Below, one piece after another: positions 39,695 through 48,924 of a DNA stretch of 64,000 nt. Under the pieces are notes generated by a model, which was not told the origin of the DNA, made no database searches, and worked only from the letters and a program-made list of their open reading frames with translations. Source of the DNA: Armatimonadota bacterium (lineage in GTDB: Bacteria; Armatimonadota; SYMT01); contig JAWLHY010000018.1 of the NCBI GenBank assembly GCA_041690135.1, positions 32,001-96,000 of the forward strand, read 5' to 3'. Position 1 is the stretch's first letter. The number at the start of each line of letters is the position of its first letter. The translations under genes and the position numbers were made by a program.

Positions 39695-40504
39695 ATGTGC
39701 TTCGCAGGTATTCGCAGGCAGCATTGGATTCCGGTACTGGCGTTAATTCTGGTGAGTGCCCAACCCTTGTACGCCCTCCAGCCTGGGCAGGGTCCACCAG
39801 GGGCCGTGCTCAACCGGATCGTGGAGCTTGTGCGGACCGAAGATAGCTATGCGGTAGCACAGTACGTGGAGGCGCAGGGAAACCCGTCCCAGGTCGGGGA
39901 ACTTTACGACCGCCTCATCATGGCGCTCTACTTCACGAAGAAGGATCTTCCTGGCGTGACGGTCACGGCACGTGCCGGCATTCACTACTGCCTGACCAAG
40001 AGCGCCGAGGAAGCCGGTCGAGACCCCATGGCCTCGGAAAAGTTCAAAGGTACCGCCAAGACGATCGCTTACAACCTGGCGTCCTGCACCTGGTCGGGCT
40101 GGGATGAGCCGGGTATCCGCATCACTCCCGCCGACCTCTCAATGGGACTCGATGCGGCCCGCCTCAATCTCCGCCTGGGCCGGGAGTTGAAGCGTGGAGA
40201 TGCCCCGATGGCGGCTGCTCACTGGATGCTGGGCGCGCATCTCCTGGCGGCAGGTGACTACGCCGCGGCCGTCCGCGAATTCGATGCCTCAGCGGTCCGG
40301 GCACGGGAGGCCAAGGACACCGGGAGCGAACTGCTCGCGCGCGGGTTTGCCGGGATGGCGAAGCAGATAGGGGAACTGGATGCCGCGGGCGAGCGGGAAT
40401 ACACCGCTGTCCGAGACGAACTGGCGGCGGGCAAGATCAAGGACGGGAAGTTCTTCGCGGATCAGCTCGACACGGCGCGCAAAGTCTTTATGCGCCCCCG
40501 GTGA
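39695..40504 (+). CDS. Exported helical (TPR-like) hypothetical protein
   Basis: Signal-like N-terminus, Ala-rich helical composition, YNLAS.TW.GWDEPG segment. Confidence 0.65.
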   Translation: MCFAGIRRQHWIPVLALILVSAQPLYALQPGQGPPGAVLNRIVELVRTEDSYAVAQYVEAQGNPSQVGELYDRLIMALYFTKKDLPGVTVTARAGIHYCLTKSAEEAGRDPMASEKFKGTAKTIAYNLASCTWSGWDEPGIRITPADLSMGLDAARLNLRLGRELKRGDAPMAAAHWMLGAHLLAAGDYAAAVREFDASAVRAREAKDTGSELLARGFAGMAKQIGELDAAGEREYTAVRDELAAGKIKDGKFFADQLDTARKVFMRPR

Positions 40505-41471
40505 GAATCACCTTGATGGCTCCGTCTCGCCGGTCGGCAAAAAGCGAAAAACCCTCCTGGGCCTGCTCCAGCGGGTAGTGGTGCGTGACAATGGGGCCAA
40601 CATCGATGGTCCCGCCGGCGATCAGTTCTACGGCGATCGGGAAATCGTGCTGGATATCCGGCCCGAGGCTGTTGATGAGCCGGCCTTCTTTCACGAAGAA
40701 GTCGCGGAACGCCATGTCGTAATGGGCGTGGTGCGGTACCCCGAAGGAGAGCAGGATTCCGTTCCGGCGAATGAGCGAGGCGGCCGTGTTCAGGGTTTCC
40801 TGGTGTCCCACGGCTTCCACCACCAGGTCCGCGCCGCGCCCTCCGGTCAATTCCTGGATGGCGGCAACCACCTCGGCATCGCTGCCTGACTGCGCCTGGA
40901 CCGTGTGCGTGGCGCCCATCTTCCGGGAGACCTCCAACCGTTCCGGCAGCAGATCGACCCCCACGAGGTTCACCACCCCCATGGTGCGGAGTAGGGCTGT
41001 AAAGAGCTGGCCGATCGGCCCCTGCCCTACCACGACCGCCGTCCACCCGAGAACGTTCGGCAACTTGAGGCAGGCGTGGACGATGGTTCCCAGCGGCTGG
41101 GAGAGGACCAACCGGTCCGCTGGCCCGTCCGGCACGGGGACGGTCATGCCCTCTTCAGAGAGGAAATACGTTCCCAGGCCCTGTTGGACATAGGGGAGCG
41201 CGAGGACGCGATCGCCTTCTTGGAAGCGCGAACTACGCGACATCGCCACCCGCCCGACCAGTTCGTGCAGCGAGAACAACGGCGGCAGGGGTAGTTCCAT
41301 CCCGACCAGCGCCGGATGATCGCGCTCGTAGAGGAAGTACGGCAGGTCGCTCCCGCAGATGGCGCCCGCCTCCACCTTCACCACGATCTGCCCCGGACCC
41401 GGCTCGGGGACCCCGACTTCGACCATCTCGAGTTTCCGAGGCGCCGTGATCTGTCCTGCCAGCATCTTCAT
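40488..41471 (-). CDS. Zinc-dependent medium-chain (polyol/threonine-type) dehydrogenase
   Basis: ICGSD, LHE.VG, GQGPIG, GADLVVEAVG; the structural-Zn 4-Cys loop is absent. Confidence 0.9.
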   Translation of the reverse strand: MKMLAGQITAPRKLEMVEVGVPEPGPGQIVVKVEAGAICGSDLPYFLYERDHPALVGMELPLPPLFSLHELVGRVAMSRSSRFQEGDRVLALPYVQQGLGTYFLSEEGMTVPVPDGPADRLVLSQPLGTIVHACLKLPNVLGWTAVVVGQGPIGQLFTALLRTMGVVNLVGVDLLPERLEVSRKMGATHTVQAQSGSDAEVVAAIQELTGGRGADLVVEAVGHQETLNTAASLIRRNGILLSFGVPHHAHYDMAFRDFFVKEGRLINSLGPDIQHDFPIAVELIAGGTIDVGPIVTHHYPLEQAQEGFSLFADRRDGAIKVILTGGA

Positions 41472-41505
41472 CGCGAGGTCTCCGGTTCCGGGTCCGTGCA
41501 AGTGT

Positions 41506-44500
41506 CTAGTCGTTCCGCAGAGTGGCCGCTTCCAGGGTGATCGCTACCACCTTGATGGCGGGCTGCCGGGGGAGCGTGATCCCCGAGAGCGTCTTCAGCG
41601 ACTCCGTTTTCAGCACGTGGTGGGCGATGTAGCAGCGCGTCTCCGGGTCGTCGCCCAACGAGGTGTGCCGGTGCGGCGTGCTGAAGGCTATCCGCTCGCC
41701 GTGTTTGGGCGGGTCGTTCCAGTGCGTGAAAGTCACCTTCTGGGACTCGGTGGTGCCGTCCGAGTAATGCAAGACGAACTCGGCGGTTGCATCCACTTCG
41801 GTCGATAGCGCGGCCACGTGGACCCCCGTGCGTGGGAAGCTGCCAAAGGTGATGCGCTGACCCTGGCAGGCCACCATGTTCGGGGTGCCGTTGTTCTTAC
41901 TGGGATACAGGAAGCAGGCCCGGGTTGCTTCGAAATCATTGAGCGGACGCACCCAGAGGCCGCTTGGATAGAGCGGCAGCGCGAAACTGGCCGGAGTGCC
42001 CCCATTGGGTCTCGGGACGTACGGCGGCAAGAACTCCGCAGGGAAGGAGTTGAAGCGCCCGTCGAGGTTGCCATCGCGCCGGTCGGAGTCGCTGCTGATG
42101 CCGTCGATGTTGTAATACGCCTGGATCGGCAGCGGTGTGAACGTCGGGCTGAAGACGTTGACCGGGATTACGAGGAGGTCGTTGCCCTTGCTGCCCGGCA
42201 GCGCGCTTGCGTTCTGGCCGTCGTGGATGAAATCGAGGACGCAGTACATCGGGCCGAAGTAGTAGGGCACCCGGACTGGAACCTCGCGGAGCACCGCGTC
42301 GCGGATTACCTGCTCGAACTTCTCTTTCGGCTCTTCTTTCGCCCCCTTCTTTCCTCTTTTCTTGCCCTTGGCTTCCTTCTCTTCCCGGGGGCTCAGTGGC
42401 CGATCCAGCGGTACCTCGACCTGGATCTTGGAGAACGGGGGCACATCGGCGGGGAGTGGCAGCACGTCGTCGTTCCAGGAAGCCTCGGTGCCATCGAAGT
42501 AGTACCAGTGGACGGCGACCTTGTCGCGATCCTTCTTCCACGTTTCCGGGCCGCTGTTGCGCAGGCCGACGGTGATCAACTGCTTCTTTCCGGCCACCAG
42601 GTCCGCAGGGAGGTTGCAACCGATGAAGCTCGGTGCGGGGTCGCGCTCCACGATACGGACCGGCTCTCGCAACGTGGCGCCGCCCGACTGGCCGAGGTAC
42701 TTCTGCCCGTCGAAAACATCCCACTCCAGCACGTAGCTCCAGGTGTCCTTGGCGGAGATCGCCGCCAGAGGCTTTCCTGCCGCAGCAGTCGTGACCGGGA
42801 CATCGACCGTTACCATTTGGCCGGGAATGACCTCTTCCGGTAATGCTACGCGCTGGCCTTCTCCCACCACCTCATCGAGATCGGTCGAAGCCCCCTTCAG
42901 ATAAGTGGAAGCCTTCCGCCAGCGGTAACCGATGGAGACCACACCCTGCTTCCAGGGTTCGGCACCGTCGTTCCGGATACGGACACGCACAGGATAGGTC
43001 GCGTCTCGCTTCATGACGGTGGGAAGAGTCGAATGGACCCAGTAGGGGTGGACGGAAGGTCCGCTCCCCACCGTGACCGGCACCCGGTAGGGCGCGCTCG
43101 CGCTCAAATCGAACCACACTTCTTCCCCACTGGCGCGGCGGACCATGTTGAGCTCCAGCTCGTACTCGCCCGCGGGAAGGAACTTCCCCTCCTCCATTGG
43201 CGCACTGATGCCCAGGAGGTAGGTCCGAGCCTCGCCGTGCCCCTGGCCCTTGTTGGTCACCGGTACGCCGCGGTCGCCGATCGGTTTCCCGTCTTTGATC
43301 CACTGATACGAGAGGGAAGCTAGGTTGAACGAGTCCCAATCGGCAAGACCGGAGTTCTGGACGAGTACTTCGACCTGGCACACGCGGTTGGGTTGAATGT
43401 AGCGAGGCACCCAGGCCTTAAGGATGTTGGCTGCAAAGTCGAGCGACTTCGGGGTCTGCTTGAATTCGAGAATCGCGCCGCGGATCAGGTCGCGGTAAAG
43501 CAGGCCGTTCTCCAGAGTGGGGGCGATCTCGCTGCCGCGGGGGTAGTCGTTCCAGGAGTCGAGAATCACCCACTCCGGGTTGGCCGCGAGCACCTGCTTG
43601 AAGTCGGTCACGGTGCGAACCCCGTTCTCCCGGGAACGGATCGAAGCCCCGGCACCGCGTATGGAGTCGTCGTAGCCGGGGCCCAGGGTCGCGGTCCGAA
43701 CCCAGCCCGCGTCGGAGATCACGGCCGGCTCCGTAGCCGCGGGGAACGGCGCCACCGAGTCGAAGGCGCCGACCAACTCCTGGAGGTCCGGCGTGCCCAC
43801 CCACACGAGCCCGGCGCCGAACTCCTCGGCAAAGCGCCGATTCACATACTTCAGAAAGCTGGAATCGGCCGCTTTCACGGCCTGATCATTGATCAGGCGC
43901 ACGACATAAGCGGTGCCTCGCGCCGTGCTGAACCGCTTCGGATCCGTGTCCACGGCTCCGGCAGCGGCAACTCGCTTCCTGGGCAGTTGGATCGAGGCGC
44001 GAAACTCCTCGGGCACGTGCCGGTAGAAGTCGCGGACCATTCCGTACAGGCTGCGTTGCACGTCGGGGTTTTTCAGGTCGACGGGACCGCCGTACTGGTC
44101 GGCCAAACCACCCAGGTCCAGCGCCATCCCGACCAGGGGATAATCCCGCACTTTCATCAGCGGGGCCAATCCTTCCGATCGCAGTTCCTTGAGCCCCTGC
44201 GTCAAGGCATCAAGTCCCTGAAGTGCATACGCCTGGCGGTTCTCTTGATCCCCCCGGTAAACGGCCAGGGCCACATCGATCCCACCGCCCGCCATCAACT
44301 GGAATTGGCTCTTATGCCACTGGGCCCGGTCGAAGCTCATCCAGGGACCTACGCTATCCCAGGGATGGCTGGTCAGCATGCTGTATCCCTTCGCATCCCG
44401 AACATGTCGGAACGGGGCGGGCTTCCGGGGATCGCCCTGGTAGGAGTAGTAGTAGTGGGTGAAAACGAGGCGCTGGGTGGAGTGCGCCCGCTCCGGGGAC

Positions 44501-44619
44501 CGCGTCTCCTGCGCGCCAATCGGCCGCTGTGCTGAGAGCAGGCCGGCTCCTGCCACCAGCAGAAGCGTGAGCCCGGCCAGGGCGCGCGCGCGGACGGGAG
44601 AGATGGGAGAAAGCTGCAT
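41506..44619 (-). CDS. Large exported protein: GH99/GH71-like barrel, three Ig-like domains, C-terminal beta-sandwich
   Basis: Signal peptide, HYYYSY..WH..Q...M..GGID, PGYDD, WND; three V...N.G...W Ig-like units. Start 44619 is an estimate. Confidence 0.7.
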   Translation of the reverse strand: MQLSPISPVRARALAGLTLLLVAGAGLLSAQRPIGAQETRSPERAHSTQRLVFTHYYYSYQGDPRKPAPFRHVRDAKGYSMLTSHPWDSVGPWMSFDRAQWHKSQFQLMAGGGIDVALAVYRGDQENRQAYALQGLDALTQGLKELRSEGLAPLMKVRDYPLVGMALDLGGLADQYGGPVDLKNPDVQRSLYGMVRDFYRHVPEEFRASIQLPRKRVAAAGAVDTDPKRFSTARGTAYVVRLINDQAVKAADSSFLKYVNRRFAEEFGAGLVWVGTPDLQELVGAFDSVAPFPAATEPAVISDAGWVRTATLGPGYDDSIRGAGASIRSRENGVRTVTDFKQVLAANPEWVILDSWNDYPRGSEIAPTLENGLLYRDLIRGAILEFKQTPKSLDFAANILKAWVPRYIQPNRVCQVEVLVQNSGLADWDSFNLASLSYQWIKDGKPIGDRGVPVTNKGQGHGEARTYLLGISAPMEEGKFLPAGEYELELNMVRRASGEEVWFDLSASAPYRVPVTVGSGPSVHPYWVHSTLPTVMKRDATYPVRVRIRNDGAEPWKQGVVSIGYRWRKASTYLKGASTDLDEVVGEGQRVALPEEVIPGQMVTVDVPVTTAAAGKPLAAISAKDTWSYVLEWDVFDGQKYLGQSGGATLREPVRIVERDPAPSFIGCNLPADLVAGKKQLITVGLRNSGPETWKKDRDKVAVHWYYFDGTEASWNDDVLPLPADVPPFSKIQVEVPLDRPLSPREEKEAKGKKRGKKGAKEEPKEKFEQVIRDAVLREVPVRVPYYFGPMYCVLDFIHDGQNASALPGSKGNDLLVIPVNVFSPTFTPLPIQAYYNIDGISSDSDRRDGNLDGRFNSFPAEFLPPYVPRPNGGTPASFALPLYPSGLWVRPLNDFEATRACFLYPSKNNGTPNMVACQGQRITFGSFPRTGVHVAALSTEVDATAEFVLHYSDGTTESQKVTFTHWNDPPKHGERIAFSTPHRHTSLGDDPETRCYIAHHVLKTESLKTLSGITLPRQPAIKVVAITLEAATLRND

Positions 44620-44886
44620 GTGCGGGTCCCTCGGGCAGGCGTGGCGCCGGAAGCGTTGGTTAGCGGAGAGCGAGATAACGAGCCCCGGCGGCAATAGGAG
44701 CGGGCAGTGATCGGGTAGTGATCGGGTCCTTCAGTCTGCTATTTTACACGAGTACCCGTTCGGAACGCAGTTGCAGTTGGCCTCCCCCGCCTGACGCAGT
44801 TTTGCAACGGCCGGAAAGGCCGGAAAGGATTGAAGGACCGTCCACGCATAAATTAGGCCTAAACCAGCTCCCGAGGAAGCTACCCC

Positions 44887-46260
44887 ATGATTGCCATTCT
44901 CCTGGCGGCCGGTGCCGGCCGGAAACTCTGGCCCTATAACGAAGTCCGCAACAAGTGTGCTTTTCCCGTGGGAAACGTACCGATGGTCCGGCGTCTCGCC
45001 GATCAACTGGTCTCCGCGGGAGTCACGGATCTGGTCGTGGTGGTGGGGTCGGGTGCCGGTTCCGTGCGTGCCGCTTTGCTGGGTTGCGCGGCCAACGTGC
45101 GGTACGTGGAGCAGCCTGCGCCGGAAGGCACGGCGGCGGCGGCTGTTCGCGCGCTGAAACTGATGGGCGAGGATCCTTGCCTGGTACTTTCGGCGGATGT
45201 GGTGACCACGCCCGAAACGATTGCCATGTTGGTGCAGGTGGCACGCCAGGGCGGCACTCCCGCAGTGGCGGTTGTTCAGTCGCTGGGGAGAGAACGTCCC
45301 GGCGATTGGATCACTGCCCATTTGAAGTCAGGCGCGCTGGAAGGATATGAGGGGCATGGTCGAGAGGGCAGTCACCGCCTGTGCGGCCTCTATGCGTTCC
45401 AGCCGGCAGCCTACCCCTATCTCCTCGCCAATCCCGGCCTGATGACGCATGTGCCCGTGGGTGGGATGCCCGCTCCCGAGGCGGAAATCGCGGAGTCCCT
45501 GGCGCAGATGACAGCTGACGGGATCCCGGTGGTGGGTCTCGAAACGCAGGGTTTCCTGGTGGATGTCGATAAGCCCTGGCACCTGCTGGAAGCGAACGAG
45601 GCACTGCTCCAGGACCTCTCCAATCGGGCCACGGATTCCTCTATCCCGGCCGGCGCCCGCGTGGCGGATAGTGCGGAGATCCAGGGCCGGATCATCCTGG
45701 AAGCCGGCGCGGTGATCGGGGAACGGGTAGTGGTTAAGGGTGACCTCTGGCTGGGCGCCGGCGCCTCCGTCACGAACGGTTCCATCCTCAACGGCCGCAC
45801 GCTGATCGGTCCTCGCTCCCACGTGCGCGATTATGCGCTCCTGGGGGAGAATTCGTCCCTGGGGGCCGAGACGATCTGCGGCCATGGCGCGGAGTTCGAG
45901 GGCGTGCTGCTCGAAGGTGCTTATCTCTACCACTACTGTGAACTGTATGGAGTGATCGGAGCTCGGGTCGATATCGGCGCAGCTACGGTCTGTGGGACCC
46001 TGCGCTTCGATGACGGCCCGACCGTGCACCGCATCCAGGGGCGGCCGGAGCAACCGTTGCGGCATGCCAACGCCTCTTACCTGGGCGACTACAGTCGCAC
46101 GGGCGTCAACGCCATCCTCATGCCCGGGGTGAAGGTGGGCGCCTATTCCTGCGTCGGGGCCGGTGTAATCCTCTACGAAGACCTCCCCTCGCGTGAGCTG
46201 GTGCTCGTCAAACAGGAACTGGTTCGGCGGCCCTGGGGTCCGGAGCGTTACGGTTGGTAG
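44887..46260 (+). CDS. GlmU-like sugar-phosphate nucleotidyltransferase with a C-terminal hexapeptide (LbH) domain
   Basis: ILLAAGAGRKLWP..K, GTA.A, DVDKPW.LLEAN, hexapeptide repeats, TGVNAILMPGVKVG. Confidence 0.88.
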   Translation: MIAILLAAGAGRKLWPYNEVRNKCAFPVGNVPMVRRLADQLVSAGVTDLVVVVGSGAGSVRAALLGCAANVRYVEQPAPEGTAAAAVRALKLMGEDPCLVLSADVVTTPETIAMLVQVARQGGTPAVAVVQSLGRERPGDWITAHLKSGALEGYEGHGREGSHRLCGLYAFQPAAYPYLLANPGLMTHVPVGGMPAPEAEIAESLAQMTADGIPVVGLETQGFLVDVDKPWHLLEANEALLQDLSNRATDSSIPAGARVADSAEIQGRIILEAGAVIGERVVVKGDLWLGAGASVTNGSILNGRTLIGPRSHVRDYALLGENSSLGAETICGHGAEFEGVLLEGAYLYHYCELYGVIGARVDIGAATVCGTLRFDDGPTVHRIQGRPEQPLRHANASYLGDYSRTGVNAILMPGVKVGAYSCVGAGVILYEDLPSRELVLVKQELVRRPWGPERYGW

Positions 46261-47131
46261 CCTCTCGCTGAATGCCGGATTCCGTGATATATCCGGCGAC
46301 GAGCTCCGGCGGAGTCGCGTCGAAAGCGATATTGGAGACCTGCAGGCCGGGAGCGGAAGTGGCAAGCACCTCGCCCGGCGAGCGCCGCACCCGGACGAAA
46401 CGCGCCAGTTCCGTGCCCGCTTCGATCCAGCGCGAATGATCGGCAATGATGTAGAGGGGAACGCCGTGTGCCGCGCACAGGCGGGCGAGAACGGCCGTCC
46501 CGACCGGTGCGACCACCATCCCGTCCGGCAGGATCCTTTCGGCCGCAGTGATGGCAGCGTCGATGTCCGGCAGGAATAGTTCAAGCTGGGCCTCCGTCAC
46601 TAGCCGGACCGGCAGACCCTCGGCCGCCAGCTCCTGCGCGAGGCGGGCGCCTTTCGAGAGTGGCCGTCCCTCGCTTACGGTGATGGCTTCGAGCCGGTCG
46701 CCATACCGCCCCAGCATGGCGCGCACCGTCTCGTGATAGCCCAGGGTCAACACGCGCCGCCCCGGCGGGAACAGCGGTTCCGCCGCGGCGAGAATCCGCT
46801 CTTCCATTCCCTCGAACTCGGCGAGCGTGGCCGCCAGGTCCTCGAGTACGCTCTTCCTTCCCTCTCCTGCCCGGCGGAGACCCCGCTGCAACCACACGGC
46901 AGCTGACGGGGAGCCGGCCAGCGCGCGCTGTAGACGTGCGGCATACAGTTCCAGCTTTTCGCCGGCATCCGCGGGCTCGTGCGGCGGCTCCCAGGCTTCG
47001 GACGCGGCCTCCTGCAACGCGAGCAGTGCCTGGTGCACGGGGTCGGACGTGCCACCGTCCACGCCGGTCTCAAGATCAAGGGCGCGAAGCAGCCAGGTTT
47101 TCGGGAGAGCGGTTCCGGACGACATCAGCAA
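46208..47131 (-). CDS. eIF-2B alpha/beta/delta-like (IF-2B/MtnA family) protein
   Basis: VLT.GY.ETV, VSEGRP...G..LA..L, VGT..LA, N.AFD.TP.ELV..YITE.G. Confidence 0.8.
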   Translation of the reverse strand: MLMSSGTALPKTWLLRALDLETGVDGGTSDPVHQALLALQEAASEAWEPPHEPADAGEKLELYAARLQRALAGSPSAAVWLQRGLRRAGEGRKSVLEDLAATLAEFEGMEERILAAAEPLFPPGRRVLTLGYHETVRAMLGRYGDRLEAITVSEGRPLSKGARLAQELAAEGLPVRLVTEAQLELFLPDIDAAITAAERILPDGMVVAPVGTAVLARLCAAHGVPLYIIADHSRWIEAGTELARFVRVRRSPGEVLATSAPGLQVSNIAFDATPPELVAGYITESGIQREATNRNAPDPRAAEPVPV

Positions 47132-47163
47132 TAAACCTCCGGCCTACTTATTCCCACGGTCCG

Positions 47164-47214
47164 AAAAACAGAACAGAAAAACAGAACAGCCCCCGCGCAT
47201 CCGCGGGGGCTGTT
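47164..47214 (-). terminator. Rho-independent terminator
   Basis: aacagcccccgcg/cgcgggggctgtt stem followed on the - strand by ctgtttttctgttctgttttt. Confidence 0.8.
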
Positions 47215-47429
47215 GCCGGAGTCTGGGTGCCCGGATGGGTTAAAGGGACCCACGTAGGCAGATAGGGTCAGGATCGTTGATGATCGCTAGTGGGTGGGGC
47301 TTCACCAAACCACCGGCTTCCTGGAATATGACAAGCAGCCAGGAGATTTGTTCTAAGTGTACCCACCCTCTGCTAAAGACTGTCGGAAGGTTTGCGACCG
47401 TCTGCTAAAATGTTCCTAAAAGGTTCCAG

Positions 47430-47696
47430 TCAGGCGCTCGCCGCCGGCGTATCGGCCGCCTCTTCGGCGGCTTGGGGCGTATCTTGCTTCGCCCGTTCTC
47501 GTGCCCAGCGTGCCTGTCCTCCTTTTCGTCCGAGCTCGCGGAAGTGGTCGGGGCCGTGCTTTTCCTTATTCGAAGCCCCTCCGACCTTCCCCATCGACAC
47601 GAAGTGATCGCGGCCGAATCGCTCCTTTAGCGTGGCTGCCCCCTTCTTCCCGGCCTCGGAAGCCAGATCCTTATTGTCGAAACCGCGTCCCGCCAT
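47430..47696 (-). CDS. KGG/GsiB-like general stress protein, 88 aa
   Basis: RGF..ASEAGKKG, MGKVGG and ELGRKGG repeats; RBS GAGGGG before ATG 47696. Confidence 0.82.
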   Translation of the reverse strand: MAGRGFDNKDLASEAGKKGAATLKERFGRDHFVSMGKVGGASNKEKHGPDHFRELGRKGGQARWARERAKQDTPQAAEEAADTPAASA

Positions 47697-47893
47697 AGCC
47701 TTCCCCTCGCTGGCTGTTCCTTCACATACCGGGCTGACTGCCTTTCGCCGACCGCCCGGCTGGTGGACCCCGGTTGATTTTACCTCCTGCCAGCTTGTAG
47801 AGCAACTGCTAGTCGGCTGGTTGGACGCTTTCTCCCGACCTTGTGCCGGCCTCAGGCCTGTGGTATAATTCGGCCGTTCCCAGGAGAAATTGC

Positions 47894-48055
47894 ATGAAAC
47901 GAACTTTTCAGCCTCATAATCGACGCCGGCGTCGGACCCACGGGTTCCGCGCTCGGATGGCCTCTTCGGATGGCCGGAATGTCCTCGCGGCACGCCGCGC
48001 CAAGGGTCGCCACCGCCTGACCGTTTCCGCGGATACGGCTCGGACCTCCAAGTAA
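47894..48055 (+). CDS. rpmH: 50S ribosomal protein L34
   Basis: [32 protein letters not shown]; RBS AGGAG; upstream TGGTATAAT extended -10. Confidence 0.98.
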   Translation: MKRTFQPHNRRRRRTHGFRARMASSDGRNVLAARRAKGRHRLTVSADTARTSK

Positions 48056-48107
48056 TCCACCTGGCCGGCCCTCACCCATCCGCGGCGGGCCGGCCGGTCT
48101 GCGTCTG

Positions 48108-48554
48108 ATGCTGCCGAAAGCCAACCGTCTGCGTGCGAGGCAGGACTTCCAGAAGGTCTACCGGAGAGGTAGATCGTGGGCCCATCCGTTACTGGCGCTG
48201 CATGTCGGCGCCGAGCCGGAAGGGCGCCGGATGGGAGTTTCGGTCAGCAAAAAGGTGGGCAAGGCGGCCGTGAGAAACCGGGTACGGCGGCGTATCCGGG
48301 AGATTCTGCGGGCGCGTTTGCCGGAGTGGCGCGAGGGTTTGGCCGGCGTCGTCGTGGCCAGATCTGCGGCGGCCGAGGCATCCTTTGCGGAGTTGGAGAA
48401 CGCCCTCGTCGAATTGGCGAGACGAGCCCGGCTCCCGAGGGAACCCGGAGAGCCCTTCGACGCGCTTTATACCATGCCGCAGTCGCACGGTGCGAGCGGT
48501 CGCCAGCGTCGCGGCCGTCCACCGGCGGCGCCGGGTCCGGCAGATAATGGATGA
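48108..48554 (+). CDS. rnpA: Ribonuclease P protein component
   Basis: RL....[28 protein letters not shown]; synteny with rpmH. Confidence 0.96.
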   Translation: MLPKANRLRARQDFQKVYRRGRSWAHPLLALHVGAEPEGRRMGVSVSKKVGKAAVRNRVRRRIREILRARLPEWREGLAGVVVARSAAAEASFAELENALVELARRARLPREPGEPFDALYTMPQSHGASGRQRRGRPPAAPGPADNG

Positions 48555-48564
48555 GGAGAAGGCG

Positions 48565-48774
48565 ATGGTTGCGCGTATCTTCATCTGGCTGATCCGCGTT
48601 TATCAGAGCACGGCACGGTGGCGTCCTCCGGTTTGCCGGTTTACGCCCTCCTGCTCCCAGTACGCGGTGGAAGCGATTCAGAAGCACGGGGCCTTGCGCG
48701 GTTCGGCGATGGCGTTGTGGCGGATTTGCCGCTGCAGCCCCCTTTGTCGGGGTGGGTATGATCCCGTTCGTTAA
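48565..48774 (+). CDS. yidD: Membrane protein insertion efficiency factor
   Basis: [23 protein letters not shown]...GGYDPV; RBS AGGAG. Confidence 0.96.
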   Translation: MVARIFIWLIRVYQSTARWRPPVCRFTPSCSQYAVEAIQKHGALRGSAMALWRICRCSPLCRGGYDPVR

Positions 48775-48924
48775 CAGGTTGGGTGGGGCCGGGCGCGCGC
48801 ACGGCCCCGGTAAGGACTGCTCCTGCCTGGCAGAAGCAGTGGTGTCGAGGCGATTGACCGCCGCTTTCGGCGGGACCAGCTCGTCCGCGTCGTGTGGACG
48901 AGCTTTTGCTTGAGCGAGGGGTGA

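Noticed and set aside
47215-47350. 6S RNA or tRNA-Sec in the unexplained intergenic regions (also 31286-31430)
   Set aside because: I could not build an end-to-end rod with a central bubble or a cloverleaf with a T-loop
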